Positions 32,329 to 43,528 of a DNA stretch of 64,000 bases are shown piece after piece. Every line of letters starts with the position of its first letter. Position 1 is the first letter of the stretch. The stretch comes from an uncultured delta proteobacterium (GTDB lineage Bacteria; Desulfobacterota; Binatia; UBA9968): NCBI GenBank assembly GCA_963727625.1, contig CAVSHR010000008.1, positions 1 to 64,000 on the forward strand. The letters are read 5' to 3'. A program made the position numbers and the translations under genes. Under the pieces are notes generated by a model. The model did no database searches. It saw only the letters and a list, made by a program, of their open reading frames with translations, and was not told the DNA's origin.

Positions 32329-33534
32329 TCAGCCGAAAAGATCCCAGATGAAGCGAAACGGCGTAAACAGGTCGGCCAGCTTGAACAGGAGCGAGTTGAG
32401 AAGACTCGTCCACAAGCCATAGGCTAGGAGTATAACGGCAAGGATTCGCACCTGCGAGCCCAGCCGACAGAGGCCGTCGGCGGTCAGAATGGCGAGGGCG
32501 GGAAGCGCCGGAAGAAAGTGTCGCGTTTGGTATCCCTGCCCGGTCAAGCCAAAAACCGTTAGCGGAATCAAATAGCACAGCACCCAGATTGGCTCCAACA
32601 GCGACTCTTTTTTTCTCAAGCGCTCGACAAACGCAAAGCAGCCAAAAAGATAGATCGGTGCCAGCAGCACCAAGTGCGACAAGTAGAAGTGCCAGCTGCG
32701 GTTGACCATCATCCGGATAAATGGAATTTTCAAATTCTCGGCGGCAATCTCGCTGCCGCGAAAAATGGCGCCGGTCACGTTGTAGAAATAGACGTACCAG
32801 GGCGCGGCAATGAGCGTCGCCGCAACTCCGAAAAACCAGCAAGCTGGTCGGAGAACTTTTACTCCAAGCGGCCTTGAAGTAGAGATAAATCAACGCTGGC
32901 AGGATCAAAATCGCGGTCTCCTTGGTGAGCAAGGCGAAGCCAAAGAGTACGCCGGCGAGAACGAAGAACCCGGGCCGTCGCTTGTCGACGGCGACGACGA
33001 AGAGCAGTACCGTCAAGATCACCAGTAGGGTCAATAGGGCGTCGATCAAGATGCGTACCGATGCGAAAAGCAGGACCGGGCAAAAGGCCAGCACGAGCGC
33101 GGTCAGGACTGCGCTATGAGGGCGGGCCATGAGTTTTTTGGCCGCCAAGAAGGTCGCGCCTATTATCCCCAGTCCCGACAAAAGGGGCAGCCAAAGCTCG
33201 GCCCGGAACGCGCCGAAAAAAGCCAGCAGGTAAACAAACAAGGGAGGGTGGAGAAAGAGCGGCTGGTCGTAGGTTTCCTTCGGAAGTTTCGACAGCAGGG
33301 CGGTTCCCTGCAACGTGTAATCAAAAAGTTTTTGGAAATTTTATCGGCAAGCGTGAGGTAAATAAGTTCGTCAGCCTCGCTGTGGTCGAGAAAGAAGGTG
33401 GAGAGTCGCAAAACCAAGGCGAACAGCAAAATCGCGACTATTGAAAGCGAAAAGCTTATCGTGATTGAGTCATCGGCTGTAAGCTTGAGCTCGGCGATTT
33501 TGTGGTGGTTGGATGAGGTTCGGGCTTTGCTCAA
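32329..33534 (-). pseudogene. Frameshifted GT39/ArnT-like membrane glycosyltransferase
   Basis: Three consecutive reading frames (EADELIY / HPPLFVY..LTKETA / YQTRHFLPALP) join via frameshifts near 33325 and about 32830-32880. Confidence 0.75.
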
Positions 33535-33891
33535 ACTTTCACCTCCCCCGTTCCTGTTTCGGCGCCCGGAGATTGCTCTGTCATCACTCCACAGGTGTTG
33601 TTTGCAACCCCCAGGAGCCGGTGATGGAGACTCCCGGAGATTCTCGCCGGCGGGCTTCGGGTATGGGAAATCGAATTCCGATGACTCTCATGATCGAGCG
33701 ATTCCCGCGGAGCAGTCGGGACCATTGGTCTGGCAAACAGATTAGCCAAGGCTGAATGAGCTGAATGAATTGTCCAACAGATTGTCGGCGGACGAGAGGG
33801 TCTCCGGCGAGCGGTTGTTGCCACTGGGGATTTGTGCAAAGTTAAGCCGATCATGAAGCCGAAAATTGCCGGCGCAGCGGGTAGCGAGAAG

Positions 33892-34881
33892 ATGGATCCG
33901 TTGGCCGACGCGGAAGCCGGGCGACCCGCACAAACGAACGCAATCGACGGGTTCTCGGTGGCGGTGATCATTCCCTGCTACAACGAGGAAGCGGCTATTG
34001 GAAGGGTCGTGCGTGATTTTCGTCAGCGTCTGCCTTCGGCCCGAATTTATATCTACGACAACGGCTCCTCGGATAGAACGGCGGAGATTGCCAGCGCGGC
34101 CGGCGCGACCGTGCGCTCGGAACCTATGCGCGGCAAGGGCAATGTGGTCCGGCGCATGTTTTCCGATGTCGATGCCGACATTTACGTGATGACGGACGGT
34201 GACGAGACCTACGACGCCTCCAGTTCGCGGCTGATGATCGAGGCCTTGATCAGCGGCAACCTCGACATGGTTGTCGGCACGCGCCTGGATTCAACGAGCA
34301 ACGGCCTCTTTCCTGCAGGTCATCGGTGGGGCAACGCGGCGCTCACATGGTTTGTCGGCGTTCTCTTCGGCAAACGATTCCGTGACGTGCTTTCAGGTTA
34401 CCGGGTTTTGTCGAAACGATTTGTGAAATCCTTTCCCGGTTTGTCCACCGGGTTTGAGATTGAAACCGAGCTGACGATTCACGCGCTCGAACTGCGGATG
34501 CCGGTGGGGGAGATCGAGACGCCTTACTTCGAACGGCCCGACGGGTCGTCAAGCAAACTCGCGACCCTTCCCGACGGCCTCAAGATCCTGTGGACGATCA
34601 TAAACTTGCTGAGGGAATTGAGGCCGTTGTTTTTCTTCGGGAGCGTCGCCTCGGTCTTGGCTGTATTGGCTATCGTTCTAACCTATCCTCTTCTCGGCAC
34701 CTACTTGGAAACCGGCCTTGTGCCGCGATTCCCAACCGCGATATTGGCGACCGGCGTGATGATTCTATCCTTTGTAAGTTTCACCTGTGGCATCATACTC
34801 GATAATGTTTCTAGCGGCCGGTGGGAAGCCAAGCGGATGCGCTATCTTTCGATCCCTTCGGTTCTCAATTCCCCTTCCTGA
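33892..34881 (+). CDS. Glycosyltransferase family 2 (polyprenol-phosphate glycosyltransferase-like)
   Basis: VIIPCYNEE, YDNGSSD, DGDETY and GFEIETE motifs, with two C-terminal TM segments. Start may be 33853. Confidence 0.9.
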   Translation: MDPLADAEAGRPAQTNAIDGFSVAVIIPCYNEEAAIGRVVRDFRQRLPSARIYIYDNGSSDRTAEIASAAGATVRSEPMRGKGNVVRRMFSDVDADIYVMTDGDETYDASSSRLMIEALISGNLDMVVGTRLDSTSNGLFPAGHRWGNAALTWFVGVLFGKRFRDVLSGYRVLSKRFVKSFPGLSTGFEIETELTIHALELRMPVGEIETPYFERPDGSSSKLATLPDGLKILWTIINLLRELRPLFFFGSVASVLAVLAIVLTYPLLGTYLETGLVPRFPTAILATGVMILSFVSFTCGIILDNVSSGRWEAKRMRYLSIPSVLNSPS

Positions 34882-35455
34882 GGAGTCGGTTTTCGGCCGC
34901 GATCTTATGACCCACCACCTGCGCTACAATCCTTATTTACACACCGCGCAGACTTTTCGCCTGAGGGTCGAGGCGCTGGCATTTCCGCAACTGATTGGAC
35001 GCCTTTCGAGATGATGCCCGCTCCAGCAGACGATCCTCCGCCAATTTTATTGCCGACTCAGTCCGAGGTGCTCGAAGCTCAAGCCATAGTGCGTAAGGGC
35101 CGCGCGAACCGATGCACCGCTACAACTCATTTTGCTAAATCCCAATAGCAGCGATGGGCTGCCCCTTCAGCAGGTCGGCCCATTGCGCGGGGCTCACGCC
35201 GATCGACGTGGTGACTCTTTTCGGGCCTGAAACCCCGCGTCTTTTTCGGGCCCGTACACCGAGGAATCGCCTGTTCCGGCAGGGTTAGCTTGTAGTCCCC
35301 GCGTGAGCGCGTTGAACCAGAAGTCGTCTTCGTGTCAGAACAACGTGTGCAGTGCATCGAAGTCGACGCCGTGTTAGACAAGGTCCGCGAAGTTTTTGAG
35401 GCGAGGCTAAATTCGCAGGCTTCGGGGAACTGCGAGGGCCAAGTTCGCCGTCGGC

Positions 35456-35955
35456 GTGTGGGCGCATAGAGCGTGGCTCTGCGTGTTCCCGGCTTTGTAC
35501 CTTTTTGCGCTCTACCAATTAACGATCACTCTCCCCGGCATCCCGGTACATCGTTTTACCACCGGTTGGAAAGAATTGAGTGCGATCGTCGAGCAGGAAG
35601 CCCGTTCCTTTGAAATCGAAAGCGGTAAACAGGTATCCCTCCTTGGATTGGACAGTCGCTAAGTGGCTTCCGCCCGTTCGTTCTACACCACCGACGAACG
35701 GGAGGTCTTTTCTCGCAACCTCGTGGGCAAACAAGCGTTGGCCTTCGAGTATTGTACGGCAAAACTAAATTCCACGGGTTTCAATGCTCTCGCGGTGGAC
35801 GTAAATTCGCCGAAACTTGAATTCCTTTAGAGGTATTTCACGCGGGTCGATAGTCATGTTCAACGAATTGCTGTCACGAAAGGTAACAGGATTCTGCAGC
35901 ATTTTATTCTGGTGAAGTGCCATGGCTCCTTAGGGAGTCGTAATACATGGCGATG
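35456..35955 (+). pseudogene. Degraded C-terminal remnant of a membrane glycosyltransferase-like gene
   Basis: One frame reads TM..GWKELSAIV..FYT..VFSRNLVGKQALAFEY with internal stops and no start region. Confidence 0.4.
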
Positions 35956-36022
35956 ATTCCGAGCGCTCACGATTGGCTGGCCCCCGACTTTCGACCGATA
36001 ACCTCGCAATGCGGCGTCGGGT

Positions 36023-37117
36023 TTACGACAGTTCACTTTTCAACCAATTGATGATCGTCGGAAAAGTCTCGGGTGTCTGTCCCATGTGGCCGCCAGGAAA
36101 GATGCGCGCGGATTTGGGTGTGCCGTGTTCGAGAAGAATCTGTAGATCAGCGAGCGGCGTTTGCAGGTCATTTTTGCCGTTGACCAGCAGCATGGGACAG
36201 GAAGGTTTTTCCAACCAGCCCTGGTCCTTGAGCGAAAGCGCCGACCAGGGTTGCGCCAGTTCTTCGAGGCCGTCGACACCGAAAAGGCGGCAGCGGGCGA
36301 TGTCGTGGTCCATTAAATAACTCTCCGCGTTGGTCGATTCGCGCAGCCAATCTTCCTGGAAAAAGTAATGCACGCCGCCGCCCCAGACCACCGCGGCGCG
36401 CAGCTGTTTGGCTTCGACGTGGGCCATCTTGGCGGCCCAGTAGCCACCGAAGCTTCGCCCCATGATGGCAATTCTTTTGGCATCGATCTCCGGACGCCGC
36501 GCTACGAAATCGATCACGGCGCTGAAGATCGACTCCGCCGTCGGCGACGCTTTGATCGGACACTCGCCAACGCCCGGCATGTCCACAGCGCACGTCGCCA
36601 TGCCGGCCTTCTGCAAACCTTCGTCATACTCGTAGCTTTCCGCTTTGAAAGAATCGATGCCGCCGAAGTTGATGACGATGGCTTGTCTCTGTCCGTCCTT
36701 CGGAACGCGCAGGTAAACGGGAATTGTCTTTTCGCCGTACGGAATCTTGATTCTTTCCAGCGGCGGGTCAAAATATTTCCCGGCTTTCTCGTAGAGCTCA
36801 AGGCTCTTGCGGAAACAGGCGAGCTTTCCCGGTGTGTGCGGCGTCGGGTAGCGGCCGGTGGCGTAGTACGCGTAGGCCTGGATATAAGCTTGGCGGGCTT
36901 CGGCAAACTTGCCGGCCAGTTCCAGCTCGGCGCCTTTTTCTTCGTAGGGTTTGGCCACCCGCGCCCACTCCCTGGCCCAAAGCTCCGGATCCTTGCTGGT
37001 TAATCGGGCCAGCACGGATTCCACGTCGTTGCGCTTGGCGAGGCGAAAGGTGTTGCGTTTGCCGGTGCGCTCGCGCACCATCGTTTTAATCTCATCGAGA
37101 GTTTTAACTCGGCCCAT
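36023..37117 (-). CDS. Alpha/beta hydrolase (FrsA/DUF1100-like), paralog of 25397-26527
   Basis: GRSFGG elbow, GRYPTP, GGIDSFK and GGHMG motifs. Confidence 0.82.
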   Translation of the reverse strand: MGRVKTLDEIKTMVRERTGKRNTFRLAKRNDVESVLARLTSKDPELWAREWARVAKPYEEKGAELELAGKFAEARQAYIQAYAYYATGRYPTPHTPGKLACFRKSLELYEKAGKYFDPPLERIKIPYGEKTIPVYLRVPKDGQRQAIVINFGGIDSFKAESYEYDEGLQKAGMATCAVDMPGVGECPIKASPTAESIFSAVIDFVARRPEIDAKRIAIMGRSFGGYWAAKMAHVEAKQLRAAVVWGGGVHYFFQEDWLRESTNAESYLMDHDIARCRLFGVDGLEELAQPWSALSLKDQGWLEKPSCPMLLVNGKNDLQTPLADLQILLEHGTPKSARIFPGGHMGQTPETFPTIINWLKSELS

Positions 37118-37475
37118 GGCTGCCTCCGCGGAAAGGGTCCAGTCGTTCCAGCTGTTTAAAGCGCTTGCGTTGATTCAGGTGTTGCTGCACCGTCGTGTAC
37201 TACCCCCGGTCGGCAACATCAAGCCCTATGAGTTGTCGGCATGGGAGCGCAACCGGGGCCTTTTGAGGCGTTCCTTCATTGCGCGGTGTTTCTGACGCCC
37301 GGCTATCACGGCCATGGCGGGGCCGGAAAAATTTCTGCCAAACCCGCATCATATTGGCAGGGGAAGGATTAAATGCTATTGGAGATGCTATCCGTGATAT
37401 ATTCGATCCGTGGATGTTCAAACGAGTACGTGGAAACCGAACCACCGGGATTCATCGCTCGCGATCGTTTCAAAC

Positions 37476-38471
37476 ATGGCTGATCTGCTTCAGGTTAAAA
37501 ATCTTCAGACCTCTTTTTTCACGCCCGAGGGAGAAGTTCACGCCATCGACGGCGTGAGCTTCGAAATCGGCGAAAGTAAAACCATCGGTCTGGTCGGCGA
37601 GTCCGGTTGCGGCAAGAGCGTGACTTCTCTATCGATCATGCGCCTGATCCCGTCTCCGCCGGGGAAGATCGTCGGTGGCGAAATTCTTTACCGCGACCGC
37701 GATCTTTTGAAGCTCAGCAACGAAGAGATGCGCAAGATTCGCGGCAACGAAATCTCGATGATCTTTCAGGAGCCGATGACCTCGCTCAATCCGGTATTTA
37801 CGGTCGGCAATCAGATTGGCGAAGCGATTCGATTGCACCAGGGCTTGGGCAAAAAAGCGACCCGGGAAAAAACCATACAGATGTTGCGATTGGTCAAGAT
37901 CGCCGACCCTGAATCGCGCGTCGACGCCTATCCGCATCAATTGAGCGGCGGCATGCGCCAACGCGTCATGATCGCCATGGCACTGTCGTGCAACCCCTCT
38001 CTGTTGATTGCCGATGAGCCGACGACTGCGCTGGACGTGACCATACAGGCGCAGATTCTCGACCTGATGAAGGAACTGCAGCAAAAGATTGGCATGGCCT
38101 TGCTCTTGATCACCCATGACCTTGGCGTCGTGGCGGAGCAAGCCGACGAGGTGGCGATCATGTACGCCGGTAAGATCGTCGAGCGCGCGAATACTCGGGC
38201 GATCTTCAGCCGTCCATTTCACCCGTACACAGTAGGCCTGCTGAACTCGCTGCCGGGCGCCGGCGTGCTCAAGAAGAAGCGGCTTGATGCGATTCCGGGT
38301 GTGGTGCCGAGTCCTCTCAATCTGCCGAGCGGCTGCCGTTTCCGCGACCGCTGTCCCAAAGCCGCGGAGCTTTGCGCCCAGACCGAGCCGCAGCTGGTGG
38401 AGAAAGAGTCGGGGCATACCGTCGCTTGCCACTTTCCGCACACGGAGATGAGACAAGAGGCGATTGTCTAA
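37476..38471 (+). CDS. Peptide ABC transporter ATP-binding protein (OppD/DppD)
   Basis: [25 protein letters not shown] and C-terminal GCRFRDRC motifs. Confidence 0.95.
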   Translation: MADLLQVKNLQTSFFTPEGEVHAIDGVSFEIGESKTIGLVGESGCGKSVTSLSIMRLIPSPPGKIVGGEILYRDRDLLKLSNEEMRKIRGNEISMIFQEPMTSLNPVFTVGNQIGEAIRLHQGLGKKATREKTIQMLRLVKIADPESRVDAYPHQLSGGMRQRVMIAMALSCNPSLLIADEPTTALDVTIQAQILDLMKELQQKIGMALLLITHDLGVVAEQADEVAIMYAGKIVERANTRAIFSRPFHPYTVGLLNSLPGAGVLKKKRLDAIPGVVPSPLNLPSGCRFRDRCPKAAELCAQTEPQLVEKESGHTVACHFPHTEMRQEAIV

Positions 38472-38563
38472 ATTGAAAACAGCAGCTGCGTACCGTCAGG
38501 AAATCAGTATCGGCAAGGATATAGGTTGGAATCGCCGCAGGGAAACTGCCATTAGATAAGAAC

Positions 38564-39541
38564 ATGAGTTTGCTCGAAATTCGTAATCTGAAAAAACATT
38601 TCCCGGTCGGCGGCGGCTTTCTCTCACGCAACAAGGATAGCTTAAAAGCCGTCGATGGCGTGACTCTGTCGGTCAATGAAGGCGAGACTCTCGGCTTGGT
38701 CGGTGAATCGGGCTGCGGCAAATCGACCCTGGGGCGGGCGATTTTGCGGCTCATCGAGCCCACCGCTGGTGAAGTCATCTTTGAAGGCAAGAATTTATTA
38801 GCCATGTCGGGACGCGAGCTGCGCGATATGCGCCGGGAAATGCAAATCATCTTTCAGGATCCTTACGCGTCGCTCAATCCGCGCATGCGCGTCGGCGATA
38901 TCGTCGGCGAAGGATTGGAAATCCACAACCTCGCCAAGGGCAAGGCCAAACGGGAACGGGTCATGGAATTACTTCATCAGGTCGGCCTCCGTGACGACCA
39001 TTATGCCCGCTACCCGCATGAGTTTAGCGGCGGCCAGCGCCAGCGCATTGGCATCGCCCGGGCGCTTGCGGTAAGCCCCAAATTTATCGTCTGCGACGAG
39101 CCGGTGTCGTCGCTCGACGTGTCGATTCAAGCGCAGATCATCAATCTCTTGCAGGAGCTGCAAGAGAAGATGCATCTGACCTACCTGTTCATTTCCCATG
39201 ATCTTCGGGTGGTCGAGCATATCAGCCATCGGGTGGCGATCATGTATTTGGGCAAGGTCGTCGAGATCGCCAATGGTGAGACGATCTACCGCGACGCCAA
39301 GCATCCTTACACCCGCGCGCTGCTCTCCGCCGTGCCGATCCCCGACACCGGTCAAAAAAAAGAACGAATCGTGCTCGAGGGCGACGTGCCGAGCCCGGTG
39401 AATCCGCCGCCTGGTTGTGCTTTTCATCCGCGTTGCGCCTACCGCGAGGCGCTGTGCAGTCAAAGCGAACCGAGCTTGGATTTCGACGCCGCTGGCCACG
39501 GCGTGGCCTGCCATGTTTTCGGTCCGGTGAAGCGGGCGTAG
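38564..39541 (+). CDS. Peptide ABC transporter ATP-binding protein (OppF/DppF)
   Basis: [19 protein letters not shown] and GCAFHPRC motifs. Confidence 0.95.
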   Translation: MSLLEIRNLKKHFPVGGGFLSRNKDSLKAVDGVTLSVNEGETLGLVGESGCGKSTLGRAILRLIEPTAGEVIFEGKNLLAMSGRELRDMRREMQIIFQDPYASLNPRMRVGDIVGEGLEIHNLAKGKAKRERVMELLHQVGLRDDHYARYPHEFSGGQRQRIGIARALAVSPKFIVCDEPVSSLDVSIQAQIINLLQELQEKMHLTYLFISHDLRVVEHISHRVAIMYLGKVVEIANGETIYRDAKHPYTRALLSAVPIPDTGQKKERIVLEGDVPSPVNPPPGCAFHPRCAYREALCSQSEPSLDFDAAGHGVACHVFGPVKRA

Positions 39542-39634
39542 GCGGCGCTTGATATTGATTCGCTAATTTCGACTTCTGCGGCGCTGAGGCCGATTCGCTG
39601 GTTCCTTGCCGCCGTGCTTCGTTAAAAATTTCCC

Positions 39635-40846
39635 ATGAAAGACGAAATGGCACCGGTTGCCGCGCTCTTGGGTGAGGCCGAGCGTTTTCTTCCCGAAGTG
39701 GTGCAGCTGCGGCGGCAACTGCACCGGCGGCCGGAGACGGGGCTCGATTTGCCGAAGACGCAGGCCGCGGTCTGCGCGGCTCTTGACGGTCTCGGTCTGG
39801 AAATTTCTTTAGGTCGGCAACTGTCGTCGGTGGTCGCGGTTTTGGACGGCGCTCAACCGGGCGCGACGGTGCTCCTGCGGGCCGATATGGACGCGCTCAA
39901 ATTGCGCGAAGCGACCGGGCTCAAATTCGCTTCTGAGATCGACGGTGGGATGCATGCCTGCGGTCATGATTTTCATACCGCCATGTTGGCCGGCGCCGCG
40001 CGTTTGCTAGCGGCGCGGCGAGATCGACTTGCCGGCCGGGTGATTTTCGCATTTCAACCCGGAGAGGAAGGCTACGCGGGCGCGCGCCTGATGATCGGGG
40101 AAGGCTTGCTCGAACGCTTCGGCAAACCGGCGGCGGCTTTTGCGCTGCACGTGGCGCCGACCCATCCTTGCGGCGAGATTGCGATCCGAGCGGGTCCGGT
40201 CATGGCGGGCGCCGGCAATTTCTCGATCGTGGTCAATGGCCGCGCCGGCCATCCGGCGCTGCCTTATCAGGCGATCGATCCGATTCCCATCGCCGCCGAA
40301 ATCGTGATTGCCCTTCAGACTTACGTCACCCGGCGGGTCCGGGTTTTCGAGCCGGCCGTCGTTACCGTAACATCATTTCAAGCCGGTTCGAGCGAAGTCG
40401 GCGCGATTCCCGCTTCCGCCGCCTTGAACGGCACGATCCGCGCCGTTGCCGAGGAAACTCGTTTGCAATTGTTTGCCGCGGTGCGCGAGCTCGCCGTCAA
40501 CATCGCCGCGGCGCACGGCGCCGCGGCAGCTGTAGAGATCGAGCCGGGCTACCCGCCGGCACTCAACGATCGCGAAATTGTCGACGCCGTAAGTGATGTT
40601 GCCAAACATCTGCTGGGCCCAGAGCGCTTCCGTTTGCTGTCGGCGCCGATCATGCCAAGCGAGGACTTTGCGTATATCTTGGAGCGCGTCCCCGGCGCCA
40701 TAGCCTTTCTCGGCGCTCGACCGACTGGGCCGGGGCCGTTCGCCCATGTGCACTCGCCGCAGTTGTTGCTCAACGAAGATGCCTTGGCGGTGGGCATCGC
40801 GCTGCATTGCGCCGTCGCCCTGCGCTTCGCAACAATGTCGTTTTAG
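39635..40846 (+). CDS. M20 family amidohydrolase (hippurate hydrolase-like)
   Basis: RADMDAL, MHACGHD, FQPGEEG, SEDF and HSP motifs. Confidence 0.92.
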   Translation: MKDEMAPVAALLGEAERFLPEVVQLRRQLHRRPETGLDLPKTQAAVCAALDGLGLEISLGRQLSSVVAVLDGAQPGATVLLRADMDALKLREATGLKFASEIDGGMHACGHDFHTAMLAGAARLLAARRDRLAGRVIFAFQPGEEGYAGARLMIGEGLLERFGKPAAAFALHVAPTHPCGEIAIRAGPVMAGAGNFSIVVNGRAGHPALPYQAIDPIPIAAEIVIALQTYVTRRVRVFEPAVVTVTSFQAGSSEVGAIPASAALNGTIRAVAEETRLQLFAAVRELAVNIAAAHGAAAAVEIEPGYPPALNDREIVDAVSDVAKHLLGPERFRLLSAPIMPSEDFAYILERVPGAIAFLGARPTGPGPFAHVHSPQLLLNEDALAVGIALHCAVALRFATMSF

Positions 40847-40849
40847 GAG

Positions 40850-40877
40850 TTGAAATAGCCGGTTTCGATGTTAAAAT
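40850..40877 (+). promoter_or_regulatory. Sigma-70 promoter of greA
   Basis: TTGAAA (40850-40855) and extended -10 TGnTAAAAT (40869-40877). Confidence 0.6.
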
Positions 40878-40920
40878 AAACAAAGAGAGTGGCAGTTCTT
40901 ACATACCGAAGTCTTGTGAA

Positions 40921-40956
40921 GGCCTCTCGGGAGTGATTCCGAGGGGTTTTTATTTT
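40921..40956 (+). terminator. Intrinsic terminator within the greA leader (attenuator)
   Basis: GGCCTCTCGGGA-GTGA-TTCCGAGGGGTT followed by TTTATTTT, between the promoter and the RBS. Confidence 0.7.
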
Positions 40957-40973
40957 GTCCAGGAGTTGACGAC

Positions 40974-41456
40974 ATGGCAGACGCAAGCGTGCCGATGACC
41001 AGCAAGGGATACCAATTTTTGATGGAAGAGTTGAAACGGTTGAAGACCGTCGAGCGGCCGAAAAATATTCGCGATATCGAAGAGGCGCGTGGCCACGGCG
41101 ACCTGTCGGAAAACGCCGAATTTCACGCTGCCAAGGAACGCCAATCGCTGCTCGATGTGCAGATCCGTGAAATGGAAGATAAGCTCGCTCGCGCCCAGGT
41201 GATCGACGTGTCCAAGCTTTCCGGCGACAAAGTCGTTTTTGGCGCCACCGTCTCGCTGGCTGATGGTGATACCGGCGACAAGGTGATATACCAGATTGTC
41301 GGCGACCATGAAGCGGAACCGAAGAACGGCAAGATTTCGATCAGTTCCCCGGTGGCTCGCGCCTTGATCGGCAAGAGCGAGGGAGACGAGGTCCAGGTCC
41401 GCACTCCGACGGGCGTTCGTACGTTTGATATTCTCAGCGTGGAATATATCGATTAG
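40974..41456 (+). CDS. greA: Transcription elongation factor GreA
   Basis: HGDLSENAEFHAAKE and SISSPVARALIGK motifs. Confidence 0.97.
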   Translation: MADASVPMTSKGYQFLMEELKRLKTVERPKNIRDIEEARGHGDLSENAEFHAAKERQSLLDVQIREMEDKLARAQVIDVSKLSGDKVVFGATVSLADGDTGDKVIYQIVGDHEAEPKNGKISISSPVARALIGKSEGDEVQVRTPTGVRTFDILSVEYID

Positions 41457-41497
41457 AGCGCCGTCAGCGGCGGGGCCGGCCCATCTGGAAAGGGAGC

Positions 41498-43528
41498 ATG
41501 TCCTTTTCAGTCTTAAAGGCTGTGCTACATTCTTACACACAACGGTGCGTTGTCCTGCCGCGTCCACTCCGTCAATTTATCCCAGTCCCGTCGAAGCGCG
41601 CGGCGCAGCTGCTAGCTGCGGGGATCGCGTCTCTACTTTCTGTCAACGTTTTTAATTCGACCCCGGCCCGCGCCGAGATTCTCATCGAACCGCGCATCGG
41701 TTTCCATGGCGTCTTTCAACTAGGCCATCCGTTTCCGCTGGAAATCGACCTGAATAACACCGGCCGTCCGGTGGAGGGCACGCTTGAAGTCCAGGTATGG
41801 AAGGGCGGCGCGACCAAAGGCGGGGCGCCCTATCGGGCGAATTACCAGCGCGAAATTTTTCTCGGTGGGCAGGCGCGCAAAAAGGTTCTGCTCACCGTCG
41901 ACCCCGACTTTATCAGCCGGCCGCTGACCATCCGCATTACCGGCGCCAACACGACGGCGGCGCGGGAGATCGATTTGCGCCGACATTTCTCGCCGGCACC
42001 GGTGCGTTTGCTGCTGAGCGAGAGCGGCGTGCTCCCGCCGGTTACTTTTACCAGCGCGACAGCACAAAGCCGGCTGGTTTCGCTCGCGCCCACCGAGCTA
42101 TCGGGTGATTCGCGCGCATTGCTCGGCGTTTCCCATGTGATTCTTTACGATCAATCCTTGCGTGATCTGTCGCGGGCGCAGCTCCTCGCGCTCGATACCT
42201 GGCTCACCGCCGGTGGCCGGATGGTGATCGTCGGCAGCCTGAACTACGCGATCTACCAGGAGCCGTCTCTGGCTCGCTTCCTTCCGGTGCGCGTGACCGG
42301 GTCCAAGCAGATCGCCTTTACACCTGATCGCGGCAAAGATGGAAAATCTGTTACATTACCCGGCGTGTGGGCGCAGACGTCGAACTTGATAAATGGCAAA
42401 GCGCTGGCGCAAAGTAACGGCATTCCCTTGCTCGTTGAAGCGAGCCGCGGCCGTGGCCGGATTACCTACCTAGCGCTTGATATCGGTCGTCCACCGCTCT
42501 CCCGCTGGGAGGGCCTGACGAAATTTCTACAAACGCTGATAATCCAGCCGGGTACGGAAGACCCCGCGCCGCGCACCGAGTGGAACGATGCGGTGTTCAA
42601 CCAGCTGATCGCTAGCCCCAAATTTATTTCGACCTATATCCCCTCCGCCGGCCTGCTCCTGGCCATGGTGGTTTACCTGGTCGGCATCGGTACGATCGCT
42701 TGGCTCTGGCAGCGCAAGCGCATGGCGCCGCGACTGTTAATCATCGGGCTGGTTACCTTTGTCACGGTTGGAACGGCGGCGGGTTACGTCCATTTCAGCC
42801 ACGGCGGCAATATCCCCGACGGGGTCCTGTTGGTTTCTACGGTTTTGGAAAATAGCGCCGACGGTTTCGTCGACGCGCAAGCCAATCTGGCATTATTTTC
42901 CACTCAGCTGCGTCAATACGACTTGCAGCTCGATCGCGGTTGGATGGATCTGACGCCGGTGACGAGCCTTGCGCGCGATAGCGCGGAGCCCGCCATAGTC
43001 ACTCAAGATACCCGCGGCGCCAGCCGGTACCGTCTGCCGCTGCGCGAGTGGGACTATCGGCTCTTCCGCCTGCGCCGTGTCGACCACTTCCCGTTCAGCG
43101 CCGAGTTCGAGGCGCAGGGCGACCGACTGCTAATGAAGGTGGATAATCGCAGTGCCAAAGACCTGATCAATTGCTGGCTGGTGGTGCCCGGGCAACGCTT
43201 CGACGTCGGCCTGATTCCACGCGGTGCCAGCTGGCGCAAAGTGTTCCCGCTTGGCAACGGCAACGCGAATCCAGATGCGTCTGGCACCGGGGGGCAAACT
43301 CTCAACTGGCGCGAAGTGACCTTTGCCGATAAGACGCGCGATATTTTGTTTCACTCGTCGATGTTTCCGCGTGACGGCGATATGCGCTGGGCTGCTGGGG
43401 TGGCGGTTTTTTTCGGCTGGGTGAAAGATCCGGGTGCGCGCGTGCACGTCGATGATCCGCGAATTCAAACCCAGGATTACGCGCTCTTTCGCGTTGTTTA
43501 CCCGCTGGGGAGAGGGGACGAAGAATGA
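41498..43528 (+). CDS. Hypothetical membrane-anchored protein with class-I GATase-like domain
   Basis: WLTAGGRMVIVG and GRGRITYL motifs with an internal TM pair. First gene of the MoxR cluster; start uncertain. Confidence 0.6.
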   Translation: MSFSVLKAVLHSYTQRCVVLPRPLRQFIPVPSKRAAQLLAAGIASLLSVNVFNSTPARAEILIEPRIGFHGVFQLGHPFPLEIDLNNTGRPVEGTLEVQVWKGGATKGGAPYRANYQREIFLGGQARKKVLLTVDPDFISRPLTIRITGANTTAAREIDLRRHFSPAPVRLLLSESGVLPPVTFTSATAQSRLVSLAPTELSGDSRALLGVSHVILYDQSLRDLSRAQLLALDTWLTAGGRMVIVGSLNYAIYQEPSLARFLPVRVTGSKQIAFTPDRGKDGKSVTLPGVWAQTSNLINGKALAQSNGIPLLVEASRGRGRITYLALDIGRPPLSRWEGLTKFLQTLIIQPGTEDPAPRTEWNDAVFNQLIASPKFISTYIPSAGLLLAMVVYLVGIGTIAWLWQRKRMAPRLLIIGLVTFVTVGTAAGYVHFSHGGNIPDGVLLVSTVLENSADGFVDAQANLALFSTQLRQYDLQLDRGWMDLTPVTSLARDSAEPAIVTQDTRGASRYRLPLREWDYRLFRLRRVDHFPFSAEFEAQGDRLLMKVDNRSAKDLINCWLVVPGQRFDVGLIPRGASWRKVFPLGNGNANPDASGTGGQTLNWREVTFADKTRDILFHSSMFPRDGDMRWAAGVAVFFGWVKDPGARVHVDDPRIQTQDYALFRVVYPLGRGDEE

